Of a DNA stretch of 64,000 nt, positions 62,454 to 64,000 are shown piece after piece. The notes under the pieces are model-generated. The model was not told where the DNA came from, did no database searches, and saw nothing but the letters and a program-made list of their open reading frames with translations. Each line of letters starts with the position of its first letter. Position 1 is the first letter of the stretch. Source of the DNA: an uncultured Planctomycetales bacterium (GTDB lineage Bacteria; Planctomycetota; Planctomycetia; Pirellulales; PNKZ01); contig CAVQAC010000015.1 in NCBI GenBank assembly GCA_963710365.1, positions 496,125 to 560,124 on the forward strand, written 5' to 3'. A program made the translations under genes and the position numbers.

Positions 62454-63517
62454 AGGCCCTTCCGATATGACGCCTGGTCCTTTGCCCAGGCGATGAATCG
62501 TGCGAGCCCGTCTTGAACGTCGACTTTTGCGTGGTAATTCAGTTGGTCGCGGGCTTTGGAGAGATCTGGACAGCGCCGCTGGGGCTCGCCACCGGGGTAA
62601 CTGTCGGGGTACTCGATATGCTGAAAAGTCGAGCCCGGGATGAGTTTTCCGTACAAGTCGGCCAGGTCATGCATCGAAATCTCATTGGCGGCATTTCCAA
62701 TGTTATAGGGTTCGCCCGGACGTCCGCGCAGCAGCACTTTCAAGAATCCGGTGATCGCATCGGTCGTGTAGCAGAACGTTCGCGTCTGCTGGCCTTGCCC
62801 ATGCACCGGAATCGTCTCGCCATTCAGCGCCTGATAGGTGAACATGGGCACGACGCGGCGATCGTTGTGCTTCATGCCCGGCCCGAACACGTTGAAGGGC
62901 CGCACGATCGTCACCGGCAGGCCATATTTCTGGTGATAGATCGTCGCGATCGTCTCTCCCAGCCGTTTCGACTCATCGTAGCAGGCACGCGGGCCAACGC
63001 TGGAGACGTGTCCGTGGTACGTCTCGGGGGTGGGCACGAAGCGCGGATCGGGATCGCCGTAGATTTCGCTCGAACTGAAGAACAAGAAGCCTGCCAGCGA
63101 TGGATTTCGGCGGCCCAACTCCAGCAAATTCTTGATGCCCGATACGGCGCTCTCGATGGTTTCGAGGGGATACTTCATGTAGTAGACAGGAGAAGCCAGG
63201 CCGGCCGCGTGCATGATGTAATGAATATCTTCGCGCACGGGCAGCGGATGCGTGACGTCGGCCCACACTTCGGCAATGTTTTCGTCACGATCGGCAGTGC
63301 TGGGATCGCCGGTGATGAAATTATCAACCGAAATCACGCGGACCGGCTGCTCCAAAATCGTATCGTTGAGCCGCTTGAATACCCGCAGAAAGTGCTTGCC
63401 AAGAAAGCCCGCGCCGCCGCTCAAGAGCACGGTTTTTCCTGAAAGCAGATGGGCATCGTCGCCGATTCCCTGGACGATTGCCTCGGTATCCCGGCGCAGG
63501 ATGAAATGTTCTGGCAT
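62438..63517 (-). CDS. NAD-dependent epimerase/dehydratase (extended SDR, UDP-glucuronate-decarboxylase-like)
   Basis: 'VLLSGGAGFLGKHFL', 'FFSSSEIYGDP' and 'YDESKRLGE' (YxxxK) are present. It overlaps the downstream gene by 16 nt. Confidence 0.8.
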   Translation of the reverse strand: MPEHFILRRDTEAIVQGIGDDAHLLSGKTVLLSGGAGFLGKHFLRVFKRLNDTILEQPVRVISVDNFITGDPSTADRDENIAEVWADVTHPLPVREDIHYIMHAAGLASPVYYMKYPLETIESAVSGIKNLLELGRRNPSLAGFLFFSSSEIYGDPDPRFVPTPETYHGHVSSVGPRACYDESKRLGETIATIYHQKYGLPVTIVRPFNVFGPGMKHNDRRVVPMFTYQALNGETIPVHGQGQQTRTFCYTTDAITGFLKVLLRGRPGEPYNIGNAANEISMHDLADLYGKLIPGSTFQHIEYPDSYPGGEPQRRCPDLSKARDQLNYHAKVDVQDGLARFIAWAKDQASYRKGLCDSQ

Positions 63518-63533
63518 GCGATGAACCTTCTGC

Positions 63534-64000
63534 TTATGTCAGCTCTGTGGGAGGAATGGGCTTCAGATAGCGGTATGCGCCGCCAGTCTTCTTCTTGATG
63601 TCGTCGAAATATTCGTACGCGAACACGACGAGCACGTCGGGCTTATGCTCATCCAGATAACTCTTGGGAACAATCGGAATGTGCGTGCCGGGGGTGAATT
63701 TGTTCTGCTTCAACGGGCTGTCATCGACGGTGAATGGGATCTCTTTGGGCCCGATCTGCCCGTAATTGCAAATGGTTGCCACACGTGCGGGCGAACCGTA
63801 ACCGCCAACTCGCAGGCCGGCTCGATGAAATTCCCCCAGCCGATCCTTGAACGCGGACACCTGAACATCGACGTTACGTCGAAACTCTCGCAGGGTTTCT
63901 TGCGTCAGATCCTTTGCTTCTCGTGCGAGCAGTCGGAGCGTAGCCTCGGAAGACGACCGTCCGCCCGAGCGTTGTACGAAAACTTGCAATGAGCCGCCAT
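63534..64000 (-). CDS. NDP-hexose C-methyltransferase, C-terminal part (5' end outside window)
   Basis: The frame is open to the window edge. 'GLRVGGYGSPARVATICNYGQIGPKEIPFTVDDSPLKQNKFTPGTHIPIVPKSYLDEHKPDVLVVFAYEY' matches the C-methyltransferase C-terminal domain. Confidence 0.7.
   Translation of the reverse strand, partial: GGSLQVFVQRSGGRSSSEATLRLLAREAKDLTQETLREFRRNVDVQVSAFKDRLGEFHRAGLRVGGYGSPARVATICNYGQIGPKEIPFTVDDSPLKQNKFTPGTHIPIVPKSYLDEHKPDVLVVFAYEYFDDIKKKTGGAYRYLKPIPPTELT

Overview
This is a GC-rich bacterial chromosome segment. Its gene content points to Planctomycetota: DUF1501, DUF1549/DUF1553, DUF1552 and DUF1592-group proteins with CxxCH N-termini, plus Tat-signal Gfo/Idh/MocA oxidoreductases. 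That assignment is inferred from family distribution, not from a search. From left to right the window holds: (1) a surface-polysaccharide locus with GT2, SAM-methyltransferase, Wza-like exporter and O-antigen-ligase-like genes; (2) a decayed serine-recombinase relic; (3) a TetR-controlled efflux operon with one adaptor and two tandem paralogous RND pumps; (4) assorted enzymes, including an FAD monooxygenase, an ABC1 kinase and an H+-pyrophosphatase; (5) a 27-31 kb patch of decayed or truncated genes, with a topoisomerase IB fragment, an IS200/RAYT-like relic and small stress-type genes; (6) three modules of a CxxCH multidomain protein plus a Tat-exported partner, one directly behind an ECF sigma/anti-sigma pair and one heavily degraded; (7) a large secreted VWA protein with a (GGM)n tail, preceded by a strong orphan terminator and 18-bp periodic repeats; (8) a nucleotide-sugar modification cluster at the right edge. 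About a third of the genes are interrupted by 1-nt indels as sequenced. Most of these look like consensus errors, so the type 'pseudogene' is used only for loci with multiple lesions or truncation. I found no rRNA, tRNA or CRISPR array. The most interesting candidates for unexplored biology are the ECF-linked CxxCH/Tat modules and the structured leader upstream of the VWA gene. Neither can be proven from sequence alone.
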